This document shows positions 12,636 to 24,200 of a DNA stretch of 64,000 nucleotides, piece by piece; positions within the stretch are counted from its first letter, which is position 1; each line of letters begins with the position of its first letter. Source of the stretch: Monocercomonoides exilis PA203 (Eukaryota > Protista > Preaxostyla); the NCBI GenBank assembly GCA_001643675.2, contig LSRY02000029.1:806001-870000 (forward strand). The letters run 5' to 3'. Made by a program: the position numbers and the translations under genes. The notes beneath the pieces were generated by a model, which saw nothing but the letters and a program-made list of their open reading frames with translations, was not told the origin of the DNA and ran no database searches.

Positions 12636-13631
12636 TTTTCTTCTTTTTCTTTTCCATCTTTTCCATCTTTTTCATCTTTTTCATTATTTTCTCTCTCCTT
12701 CTTTATTTTTTGACTTTTTTTTTCTATTTCTCATTCAAAGAACCTCTTCTCTTTTCTTTTCACACCTTCTCTTCTTTTCTTTTCTCTTCACTTATTCATT
12801 CCTCTCCTCTTTTTCAATTCAACCTTTTCACTTTTTCCTATTTCTCTTCACTTTCTATCCTGCCTTCATTATTAATTATTATTTTTTCTTTAATTATTAT
12901 TCCACACCTTCCCTTCTATTACCCATCTCAAATCAAATTCTTAATGAGAAATATACAAGATGAATGAAAACAAAATGTTAAGAATACAAAATGAGAGAGA
13001 GAAAGAAAATGAGGGAGAAAGAGAAAAGAGAGTGCAAATGGATAGATGAATAAAGTGAATGAATGAATAAAAAAAGGAAAATAAGAAATCATGCAACACA
13101 CATTGAAATGGAATAGAATTGAAATTACAATGATGTGAAGCGATTTCAAAAGTGAAAGTGAAAGAGAGAAAGATAACAGTTCATGAACGATTGAATGAAT
13201 GTGGAATTGAATGTTGAATTGAATGGTAGAAAGAATGATGAATTATTGATTGAATTGATAAAATGAATAATTGAGTGAATGATTGAAGGAGTGAATGAAT
13301 GAATGAAATTTGAAAGTGAGAGAGGGGGAGAGAATAGGGGAATAAGGGAAGGAAGAAAAGAAAAGAAAAAAGAAAGAGCGTAGTGGTTAATAAAAAAGGA
13401 GAATGAAAAAGAAAGGGTGAAAGAAAGAAAGAAGAAGAAAGTTAAAGTTGAAGAGAAAGAGAAAGAGAAAGAAGAAAAGAAGAAGAAGATGATGATTGGG
13501 AAAGTTATTGTGATGATGAGAAAAGAAATTGAAAAAGAAAGAAAGAAAAGAGAAAATAAGAAAAAGAAAAAGAAGGATAGATGGGGAAGATGGGGAAGAT
13601 TATAAAAGGGAAGTTTGAGGAAGTGTGTGTG

Positions 13632-13748
13632 AGCTACGGCCATAGTTGGTCATACGCACCGGATCCCTTCAGACCTCCGAAGTTAAGCGGCCAACGCTGG
13701 GTTAGTACTTGGATGGGTGACCGCCTGGAAAAACCCAGTGCTGTAGCT
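13632..13748 (+). rRNA. 5S rRNA (copy 13)
   Basis: Same sequence as copy 2. Confidence 0.97.
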
Positions 13749-14745
13749 TTTCTTCTTTTTCTTTTCCATCTTTTCCATCTTTTTCATCTTTTTCATTATT
13801 TTCTCTCTCCTTCTTTATTTTTTGACTTTTTTTTTTTCTATTTCTCATTCAAAGAACCTCTTCTCTTTTCTTTTCACACCTTCTCTTCTTTTCTTTTCTC
13901 TTCACTTATTCATTCCTCTCCTCTTTTTCAATTCAACCTTTTCACTTTTTCCTATTTCTCTTCACTTTCTATCCTGCCTTCATTATTAATTATTATTTTT
14001 TCTTTAATTATTATTCCACACCTTCCCTTCTATTACCCATCTCAAATCAAATTCTTAATGAGAAATATACAAGATGAATGAAAACAAAATGTTAAGAATA
14101 CAAAATGAGAGAGAGAAAGAAAATGAGGGAGAAAGAGAAAAGAGAGTGCAAATGGATAGATGAATAAAGTGAATGAATGAATAAAAAAAGGAAAATAAGA
14201 AATCATGCAACACACATTGAAATGGAATAGAATTGAAATTACAATGATGTGAAGCGATTTCAAAAGTGAAAGTGAAAGAGAGAAAGATAACAGTTCATGA
14301 ACGATTGAATGAATGTGGAATTGAATGTTGAATTGAATGGTAGAAAGAATGATGAATTATTGATTGAATTGATAAAATGAATAATTGAGTGAATGATTGA
14401 AGGAGTGAATGAATGAATGAAATTTGAAAGTGAGAGAGGGGGAGAGAATAGGGGAATAAGGGAAGGAAGAAAAGAAAAGAAAAAAGAAAGAGCGTAGTGG
14501 TTAATAAAAAAGGAGAATGAAAAAGAAAGGGTGAAAGAAAGAAAGAAGAAGAAAGTTAAAGTTGAAGAGAAAGAGAAAGAGAAAGAAGAAAAGAAGAAGA
14601 AGATGATGATTGGGAAAGTTATTGTGATGATGAGAAAAGAAATTGAAAAAGAAAGAAAGAAAAGAGAAAATAAGAAAAAGAAAAAGAAGGATAGATGGGG
14701 AAGATGGGGAAGATTATAAAAGGGAAGTTTGAGGAAGTGTGTGTG

Positions 14746-14862
14746 AGCTACGGCCATAGTTGGTCATACGCACCGGATCCCTTCAGACCTCCGAAGTTAA
14801 GCGGCCAACGCTGGGTTAGTACTTGGATGGGTGACCGCCTGGAAAAACCCAGTGCTGTAGCT
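14746..14862 (+). rRNA. 5S rRNA (copy 14)
   Basis: Same sequence as copy 2. Confidence 0.97.
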
Positions 14863-15861
14863 TTTCTTCTTTTTCTTTTCCATCTTTTCCATCTTTTTCA
14901 TCTTTTTCATTATTTTCTCTCTCCTTCTTTATTTTTTGACTTTTTTTTTTTCTATTTCTCATTCAAAGAACCTCTTCTCTTTTCTTTTCACACCTTCTCT
15001 TCTTTTCTTTTCTCTTCACTTATTCATTCCTCTCCTCTTTTTCAATTCAACCTTTTCACTTTTTCCTATTTCTCTTCACTTTCTATCCTGCCTTCATTAT
15101 TAATTATTATTTTTTCTTTAATTATTATTCCACACCTTCCCTTCTATTACCCATCTCAAATCAAATTCTTAATGAGAAATATACAAGATGAATGAAAACA
15201 AAATGTTAAGAATACAAAATGAGAGAGAGAAAGAAAATGAGGGAGAAAGAGAAAAGAGAGTGCAAATGGATAGATGAATAAAGTGAATGAATGAATAAAA
15301 AAAGGAAAATAAGAAATCATGCAACACACATTGAAATGGAATAGAATTGAAATTACAATGATGTGAAGCGATTTCAAAAGTGAAAGTGAAAGAGAGAAAG
15401 ATAACAGTTCATGAACGATTGAATGAATGTGGAATTGAATGTTGAATTGAATGGTAGAAAGAATGATGAATTATTGATTGAATTGATAAAATGAATAATT
15501 GAGTGAATGATTGAAGGAGTGAATGAATGAATGAAATTTGAAAGTGAGAGAGGGGGAGAGAATAGGGGAATAAGGGAAGGAAGAAAAGAAAAGAAAAAAA
15601 GAAAAGAGCGTAGTGGTTAATAAAAAAGGAGAATGAAAAAGAAAGGGTGAAAGAAAGAAAGAAGAAGAAAGTTAAAGTTGAAGAGAAAGAGAAAGAGAAA
15701 GAAGAAAAGAAGAAGAAGATGATGATTGGGAAAGTTATTGTGATGATGAGAAAAGAAATTGAAAAAGAAAGAAAGAAAAGAGAAAATAAGAAAAAGAAAA
15801 AGAAGGATAGATGGGGAAGATGGGGAAGATTATAAAAGGGAAGTTTGAGGAAGTGTGTGTG

Positions 15862-15978
15862 AGCTACGGCCATAGTTGGTCATACGCACCGGATCCCTTC
15901 AGACCTCCGAAGTTAAGCGGCCAACGCTGGGTTAGTACTTGGATGGGTGACCGCCTGGAAAAACCCAGTGCTGTAGCT
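15862..15978 (+). rRNA. 5S rRNA (copy 15, last in array)
   Basis: Same sequence as copy 2. Confidence 0.97.
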
Positions 15979-17511
15979 TTTTCTTCTTTTTCTTTTCCAT
16001 CTTTTCCATCTTTTTCATCTTTTTCATTATTTTCTCTCTCCTTCTTTATTTTTTGACTTTTTTTTTCTATTTCTCATTCAAAGAACCTCTTCTCTTTTCT
16101 TTTCACACCTTCTCTTCTTTTCTTTTCTCTTCACTTATTCATTCCTCTCCTCTTTTTCAATTCAACCTTTTCACTTTTTCCTATTTCTCTTCACTTTCTA
16201 TCCTGCCTTCATTATTAATTATTATTTTTTCTTTAATTATTATTCCACACCTTCCCTTCTATTACCCATCTCAAATCAAATTCTTAATGAGAAATATACA
16301 AGATGAATGAAAACAAAATGTTAAGAATACAAAATGAGAGAGAGAAAGAAAATGAGGGAGAAAGAGAAAAGAGAGTGCAAATGGATAGATGAATAAAGTG
16401 AATGAATGAATAAAAAAAGGAAAATAAGAAATCATGCAACACACATTGAAATGGAATAGAATTGAAATTACAATGATGTGAAGCGATTTCAAAAGTGAAA
16501 GTGAAAGAGAGAAAGATAACAGTTCATGAACGATTGAATGAATGTGGAATTGAATGTTGAATTGAATGGTAGAAAGAATGATGAATTATTGATTGAATTG
16601 ATAAAATGAATAATTGAGTGAATGATTGAAGGAGTGAATGAATGAATGAAATTTGAAAGTGAGAGAGGGGGAGAGAATAGGGGAATAAGGGAAGGAAGAA
16701 AAGAAAAGAAAAAAGAAAGAGCGTAGTGGTTAATAAAAAAGGAGAATGAAAAAGAAAGGGTGAAAGAAAGAAAGAAGAAGAAAGTTAAAGTTGAAGAGAA
16801 AGAGAAAGAGAAAGAAGAAAAGAAGAAGAAGATGATGATTGGGAAAGATATTTTGGTTGTGAGAAAAGTTATGTTAAACAATGAGATATGTTTAGAGAAA
16901 ATTTTTCAAAATTATTCTTTGAAAAGTTGTTAAGAAGACGATCTTGTCTGGTATTTTGCGCACAATATGTCTTTCATATGAAAAAAAGGTGAAGCAGTGT
17001 TTAATAATTTCTCTGTAAATAACATCAGAAAATGACAAGTACTATCTGAAACTTTGAATTCGATGGCAAATAATTTTTAATGTTGTTGATCAAATCAATT
17101 CATGTTCATGAGAGTGTTTATAATTCTTTTGAATCGATTTTGCAGAAAATAATAAATGTTTTTTTTTTTCGTCCAAAAACCTATTTTTGTTTTACGTTTA
17201 ATAAAAAATAATTTAGAATTGCTTTTGGAGCATGATTGGAAACAGTTATTGAAACAAATCGGAAAAGTAAAAGTTTTTACGTTTATTAAAAAAATAATCA
17301 ACTGAATTGAACGAAAAATTGTTGATGATGAATAATAATTGGCGAGTGTGAAATGAAACAAATCTTTGTATTTCATTTCAACTAATAATCTCATTTTCAA
17401 TGCGATTAATAAGGAAGAAAAGATTCGAAAAAATACTATGATATTCACAAATATATGTTGTATGAAAGAAAAAAAAGCAAAGTTGGTCTGATAGAATTGG
17501 AAATCTCAATT

Positions 17512-19977
17512 CTACTCTTGGTTGCTCATTTCTTGTTCTTTGCTTCCATCTTCGTCTCGCTTGGCCTTCCTTTTCTTGACAACCACAATAACAACAACCA
17601 CAACCACTGCAACAACAACAACAACAACCGGCACGACAATTGCAACAATTGTCCTTCTTTTCTTCTCTTTTTGCTTTCTGTTTTGCTCATCGATTCGATC
17701 TTGTCTCACTTTCACATACTTCTCATACACATCCTCTGATTCTGCTTCTTCGTCTTTTGCTCCCACAATCCACCCAGCTGTTGAATTGTCATAATCATTT
17801 GCAAATTCAAATGCGTCTTCTTGTTTGCAGAATTCATCAAAATCTGGGGCTAGGATGCATATTGATCTTGCTGTGGAATTCGCTGTGTTTGAGCCATCAA
17901 TCTCAAGATTGTTTGCAGAAGGAAGATGAAGATTTGATGCTGCCTTTGGCATTTTGATGGACATTGCTCCTGCTTTCCCTTTTGGTGCTGTGCATGACTT
18001 GAATGTGCATTTGCTTGTCCTTCCAATTTCCACCTTCGACTCTTCCGAACTCAAAGAAATCTCCAAGCCAGCTGATGCTCCATTCTCCGAAGTCGAATCT
18101 TTGATATCCAGTCCCTCAATTGACACTTTCGAAGTTGTCTCTATCCCATCGTTGATGCTAATCGCTGCTCCTCCTTTCACTTTCACTTTGCCAATCTCCA
18201 CTCCGTTCAAAGACACTTCACTGGCTCCAGAGAATGAAAACGGTGATGACAGAAATGAAACTGTATTCTTTTCGTCTGTGCATGTGACAGTTTTCACAGA
18301 AACTTTCCCACCAAGAACGCTCACAAGACTGCCAACAGCAAAATCATCTTCATGGTCATTTGAAGCAATTCCTCCTTTAGGTGATTGTCTTCCAACTCTA
18401 GCAAATCGGATATTGCTGATTGTCAGTGATGTTGACATCTCATTTCCAAAAATTAAATAATCCCATTTTCTCTCTGATGTGGGAATGTTGAATGCCAAAT
18501 ACTTGAATTCCACTTCCTTTTCGCACATGAATAAAGCACTTGAAGCGCTCACATCGCAATCGATCGCCACCTCAACATTTCCATTTCCATCACTGTTCAT
18601 TCCTTCAATCGTAATCCCATTTCCAACGTTTAAAGAAATGGCCTCAGCTTTAATTAAATCAGCATCATTGATTATATCAATGAAGCACTTCTCGCCCTTT
18701 TTCAAGTAGTCATAGGCATCCTTCAAACTGTAGCAAGCTGATTCGATGTTGATTCCATTTCCTTTCCCTCCATTTTTCACGAAGGCTTTTGTCATGTTTT
18801 CTGGCTTTGGAGGAGGGGGGTCAAAATACTTTGATACAAAATCGCATTCGTTTCCATTCAAAAATTCACGGCCAACTACGTTCCACAAATTATCTCTTCT
18901 GTTATAACAATTTGCAAAACTCTTCCTCATTGCATCAGCGATATCTTTGAATAACGAATCATTAGCCATCTCTAAATGCAACCCAATGTTCCTTTTTGAT
19001 TCGCCTTCTCCTGCTGTACATCTGTCAAATAAAAGATTCCGTCCATCTTCAGGCCATCTGAGCTGACTTGCTGATTCAATAGCTGATATTGCAAGAAATA
19101 TTCCTCCAGAACCTTGATTGTAACTGCAACTGCAAGACGAAAAAGTTGTGATACCCCCATCTCCGACAGTGAATGTGGTTTCACCATTGTAGAATTCAAC
19201 TCGCAATGCTCCATACGATTCTCCTTTGCACTCCGAAAATGAGCTCCCATTCAATATGATATCACAACTGTTTTCAGAGTTATCTGAAATATAGATAATG
19301 GAAAGCCAATTTGCCTCAACTTTCTTCAAAGAAATATTCGACAATGTCACTGCACTATCGTTATATATGTAAAACAGTTCATTCTTTAATGTCAGAAAAT
19401 TAGCTTCATCTGCACATTCAACTGACTCCATCGTTAATGATCCTCCAGATGCCTGCACAAGATAAATAAAAACATCACTTTCTCCAGTTTCTGACCTAAT
19501 AAATCGGCAATTTCTAATCAGCAAGCTTGCGCCTTCTCCATATATCAACGAATATCTACATGGGTTTTCATTCTCAAAATTCAGTCTTTCGTGAAAATGA
19601 AATTCCAAATAACAAAACTGCACAGTTTCCTTACACACAAATAGATCACATCCAGGATGAACATCACAGTCTATTGAAACTTCAGTGTTTCCACTTCCAT
19701 CACTTTTCCATCCTTCAATCGTAATTCCGTGTTCTTTGTTAAATATAACTGCTTCGGCTGTCAATGGATCTGTATCATGAACAATTTTAATGTTGCATGC
19801 ACTATCATTTCTCAGCAGATTATATGCATCGTTCAATGATTGCTTTTCCTTTCCTATCTCCAAACCGCTGTAACTTTCGTCCCCACTCTGCTTCACGAAA
19901 ACCGTTGAAGCTTTCGATGGTTCTTCATTTGCACAAATGTTTATAATTATTTGGAAAAGAATTAATCCGAAAAACAT
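17512..19977 (-). CDS. Type I single-pass surface protein, 821 aa, with a duplicated pectin-lyase-like (parallel beta-helix) ectodomain
   Basis: Intact intronless ORF with an N-terminal signal peptide (MFFGLILFQIIINICA). Two homologous halves (FVKQSG...ITIEGWKSDGSGNTEVSIDCDV and FVKNGG...ITIEGMNSDGNGNVEVAIDCDV) carry FxxC/GGI-type motifs. A poly-Val TM helix is followed by a basic stop-transfer (KKRKAKR) and a short tail. Confidence 0.85.
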   Translation of the reverse strand: MFFGLILFQIIINICANEEPSKASTVFVKQSGDESYSGLEIGKEKQSLNDAYNLLRNDSACNIKIVHDTDPLTAEAVIFNKEHGITIEGWKSDGSGNTEVSIDCDVHPGCDLFVCKETVQFCYLEFHFHERLNFENENPCRYSLIYGEGASLLIRNCRFIRSETGESDVFIYLVQASGGSLTMESVECADEANFLTLKNELFYIYNDSAVTLSNISLKKVEANWLSIIYISDNSENSCDIILNGSSFSECKGESYGALRVEFYNGETTFTVGDGGITTFSSCSCSYNQGSGGIFLAISAIESASQLRWPEDGRNLLFDRCTAGEGESKRNIGLHLEMANDSLFKDIADAMRKSFANCYNRRDNLWNVVGREFLNGNECDFVSKYFDPPPPKPENMTKAFVKNGGKGNGINIESACYSLKDAYDYLKKGEKCFIDIINDADLIKAEAISLNVGNGITIEGMNSDGNGNVEVAIDCDVSASSALFMCEKEVEFKYLAFNIPTSERKWDYLIFGNEMSTSLTISNIRFARVGRQSPKGGIASNDHEDDFAVGSLVSVLGGKVSVKTVTCTDEKNTVSFLSSPFSFSGASEVSLNGVEIGKVKVKGGAAISINDGIETTSKVSIEGLDIKDSTSENGASAGLEISLSSEESKVEIGRTSKCTFKSCTAPKGKAGAMSIKMPKAASNLHLPSANNLEIDGSNTANSTARSICILAPDFDEFCKQEDAFEFANDYDNSTAGWIVGAKDEEAESEDVYEKYVKVRQDRIDEQNRKQKEKKRRTIVAIVVPVVVVVVAVVVVVVIVVVKKRKAKRDEDGSKEQEMSNQE

Positions 19978-21209
19978 TCTGAAAAGCTCTCTTCAAATAC
20001 ACACAAAGATGATCGAGATTTATATAAAATTTTTATTGATTCCATGAACTTGAAAAAGAAGCTTTACAAAATATTTGACTTTTAAAAAACAATGAATGAA
20101 ACATAAAATATGTGACATAATTGCGCAATTGATTAGATGTTATTATTTCCACAATTTGAATCTTTTGTTGATATTCGAAAAAAATTATTTATTGGAGGTA
20201 ACTATCTTTTCGAAAAAGTTTCCATAGTCAGCCAACAACAGAATGAGATGTCTTTTTGAGAATAAGAATACCCAGACTTTTATATGACATGTTGGGATAA
20301 AGAGCTGACTTTTGCAATTGAACGTCATTCATATTTTGAAAAAATTTTTTTCTTAACACATGCAATGTTCACATCGAAAATAAATTCTGATTTATATAAT
20401 ATTCTTTATTGAATAAAATGATTGTGAGATTTGATTGATTATTTGAGGGAAAATAATCTTGCACATCAAAATGTCAAACAATTGTTATCTCCAATAATTG
20501 TTCAGAAAACAAAAAAAATAATCTTTTATTTTTGTGAATCAGTTTCAAAAAAACTAGCCTTTAAATAAGAGATAATGCGCTCAGACTCAATTCTTTCCAG
20601 AGTTCAATTTTCTGAATGATTTTTCTTTAAAGAATGGATATAATATTAATAAAAAGACTATTTTGTTTTGACATAAAGGCTTTCGAATGAAACACAGTTC
20701 AAAATTGCTCATTGTTTGAATTCAATGTGATCACAGAAAATAAAATAACAAAACAATTGCGGCAAAATGAATAAATTATACTTGTCGAAGTCTCACATAA
20801 TCCCAACAATATCTGTAGTATTAATGCATTCTGCAAAAAGAAAAGATAAAACTGCAGATGCCAAATATAGAAAAAAACAAAAAAATAAGTCTGTCTTAAG
20901 GATATGAACTTTAATTGCATAAGAAATACATACAAAGTGAATAAACAAAAAAACATAAATCCGACATGTGTCAATTGAAATGATTCCACTAATGAAACTA
21001 TCATCATCTCAAATTGTTTCAAACATAACTTTATTTTTTCGAAACTCATAAATTCATGGATTCAAAAGTGAGAAGACAAACAAGTTAAATTATTGAAAAT
21101 AGTCAATGAAAAATTAAAACTATTTTAAACATTTAGAAAATAAAGAATATCCAAAACATATTAATCATCAACTCAACATTCACTTTTCAATCAGTAATGC
21201 TTTTGTAAT

Positions 21210-24200
21210 TAATGAAGAATTCACAGTCGTACAGTGTTTACCGTCTTCTGTTGTCTCCTCCAGGTCATTTGCATCGAGCAACGTCAATATCGCAGCCCAT
21301 TTCGGGAATGCTGAATAAACTGTCTTTTCAGTTCAATAAGCGTTCTCCGAGCAGATACTTCTCCAGACAGGCACATCTTCACAGCTTCAAAGAATACAGA
21401 TTTTCGGATCGCAGAAGTGTTTGGCTTTTCTCCTTTTGTTATCTTGTCTCCTGTGATTGCTGCCTCATACTCCCCAAACGGTATCTGAATCGTCATGCAC
21501 TCCTACAGCATCATCCCAATTGAGAATGCAACTGATTCCTTTGTTGCCCCTATCTTCTTGTTTATCAACAACTCAGGTGCCCTCCACATCAGACACTCTT
21601 TCATGTTGTCATCCTCATCTTCAAACGCGGATGAGGGCAGAGAGTCTCTGTCATCATCGTCATCACTGGTAGATGTGACAACGGTCGATGATGAGATGGA
21701 TGATGAGTCTGAACTATCATCTGATGAAAAGTCAGAGTGCATCACAATACAGATCACCATGTGTTCGGAGAACAGAACAATGTGAGGGCTCAGATTGGAA
21801 AGAGATTGAAGTCGGTTGTCCATTTCATCAAATGAGTGGAGAGCAAGATTGGCCACCCAGAACAGAATCTGTGCAGCTGTCTGCTCCCTCTTTTGAAGAG
21901 TTCCAATCGCCATTTCCTTTGTCCTGTTCAGCCCATGCAACAGCATGAACAGCGAATCCCTCAGATCCACAATCAATTTCTCATGCGGCGATGAACATGC
22001 CATTGCATCCACAAGATTCGACATCGATGAGGTGGTGGGGCACAGATCCTCCCCTCCAACAAATGTCGAATCTGAATCTGTAGTGTCTGTTGTTGAAGTG
22101 GACGAGATGGAAGGTGATGGAGTTCTCTTTCTTGTCTCTTCTTCCTCAACTTTCTCCAACATCCATTGAGGGATCTTGTCTGAGTCCTTCCCCAAGATGT
22201 ATTCAGTGGAGCCACTCTCACTCAGCAAATGCTCTGATGACTCCGAATGTCCAAAGCTTTTCTCATTCACTCTCTTTTTTATTCTCTCCTCATTCTTTTT
22301 CTCTGCCTCCTTCTCGGCTCTCCTCCACGGCTCCTCGGGCGACATCTCCATTGTCACCATCTCGAACGCCTTCGGATCTTTTCTGATATTATCATTCACA
22401 ATCACCTCCAACTCTTTTGTTCTCCTCTTTTGTTTTCTCCATCGAACAGCCAGAACAACAATAATGATAAGCAGAAACACAACAAATATTACTGTGATTA
22501 AAAGAGCCCAGTACGGATTTGATCCTTTTCCTCTTTCAGTTAGTTTTTCATTTCCGCTTGACTGAGATTCACTTTTGTTCTTCAGAATGAACGATTCAGT
22601 TGATGAAGGTGAATCTCTTTTCCCAAACACAATCCACACACTCACTTCTGTCTCTTCTCTCACTTTCTCCAGTTCCGAAAATGAAACAAACGTGTGAATC
22701 TCGTTCTCTGATACAAACCCTTCTTCTTCAATCCCCTTTCTCACAATCTCCTCTTCATCTCCATTTTTCATGCTCATCTTCACTGACAAATCACATGGCA
22801 GAAGCAGCTTCCCGCGAATGCTCAAGTCCATGCTCCCACTCGCCTGTGTTGTGTTCTTCACTTCTTCCAGAACCGGGATGAAATACGATGATCCTCTTTC
22901 TGAAGCTGTCCCTCCCAATTGGCATCCTTAGTCCAATATCCAAAGCGATGAGTAATCTTTCAGTCCATCACCCCCTTTCACACACACAACATTCAACTCC
23001 CCATTCCCTGTGCATATCACATTCCTTCTGGCTGATGGATATCCTTCAATTGATGAATCGTTGTCCTCAAACTTGCTGTTTTCAATCTTCACGCTTCCTC
23101 CGCTCACCCACAGCCCTCCATTTTTACTCTTCATAACAGTTGTCTCCTTCATCTCCACATTGCTGTTTTCAATGTCAATCAACGAGCCGCTCCATTCGCA
23201 TAATTCTTCTCTTCTTTCATTTTCTTTATATATTCTCTCCATTTCTTTTTCTCCATCAAACACACATATCTCAATCCTCACATCCTTGCACCAATTTATC
23301 TGCATCATTCTTCCATGATCCTCTGAGTTCACGCATTTTCCGAATGAGCTGTTCAGCACACTCACCCCTTGCTCAGCATCTTCCATCTCAATCACACACC
23401 CCTCCAACAACACAGTCACATTCTCAACTTTCATCTCTTTCATCACCATCTTTGCTTTTCCTCCAACATTCACAACATCTCCCTCACTTTTGATGTTCAA
23501 AATTCTTGCTTCATCAATTGTTTCATTCGATTCTTCAAGGAATGAAAGCACCGATCTTGTTGAATGAATATCTCTGAATGTTGAATCAAATATCTTCAGC
23601 TCTCCACTTTCCACACTCACAATTGAACTGTTCAACTTCAGTTCATCAGAAGAAGAGAAGAACTCGCATTTTTGGATCTCCATTGACCCGTTCTTCACTT
23701 TCATGAGACAATTGTGAGTTGACTCAAATCCATCTTCAAACTGGAATGAGCATCTCTCCACTGAACATTCATTCACAAACTCCATCACACAATCCTTCTC
23801 AAATGATTTTTCAATCTTAAATTTCAACCTCACAATCGCCTGTGTCTTTTTGAATGAGTTCACAACCAGATCTCCAATCACACATTCCTTAATCACAGCC
23901 CCTTCCCCATCAATTAGAATCGCATTCATCACGCCTTGCTCAATGTGCTCAACCCCACAGTTGATGCTCACACACACATTGCTCTGTGCCCCACATCCCC
24001 TCCATCACTCCCTCTCCCACTCACAAACACCTGTGCCGAATAATAGAATGTGATCAGCGGAATCAGATCAACATCTCCCTCGCTCCAAGCATCCCTCCCA
24101 CAGATCGAGTTGTTCGAGTTCAGCGACTCCTGGTTGTAGTTCAGCGCAAACAGTGTTTCGTTGATCTGGTGCTCAATCGAGTGGCATCTGACAAACACGT

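Larger units (their letters stand above)
1..16868 (+). repeat. 5S rDNA tandem array (15 complete units, 1111-1116 bp period; open at the left window edge, ends in a truncated spacer at ~16.85 kb)
   Basis: The same ~1.11 kb unit repeats head-to-tail with 5S starts at 278, 1391, 2503 ... 15862. The differences I saw between copies are homopolymer lengths. Identity to the unit breaks at 16848. Confidence 0.98.

Noticed and set aside
1-16868. CRISPR-like or telomeric array
   Set aside because: Spacers are identical rather than unique, the unit is 1.1 kb, and no telomeric hexamer runs are present.
63-16881. Repeated ORFs in the array (MKERKKKK..., MAVAHTHF..., MKSLHIIV..., MGKMGK...)
   Set aside because: These are by-products of purine/pyrimidine-skewed spacer and the 5S gene. 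They are low-complexity and change frame with homopolymer length between copies.
21503-22930. TAA/TAG read as Gln (non-canonical code known from some oxymonads and diplomonads)
   Set aside because: Intact genes here end in TAA or TAG and long ORFs lack in-frame TAR codons. The TAG at 21503 aligns with Trp in the paralogous fragment, so these are nonsense mutations.
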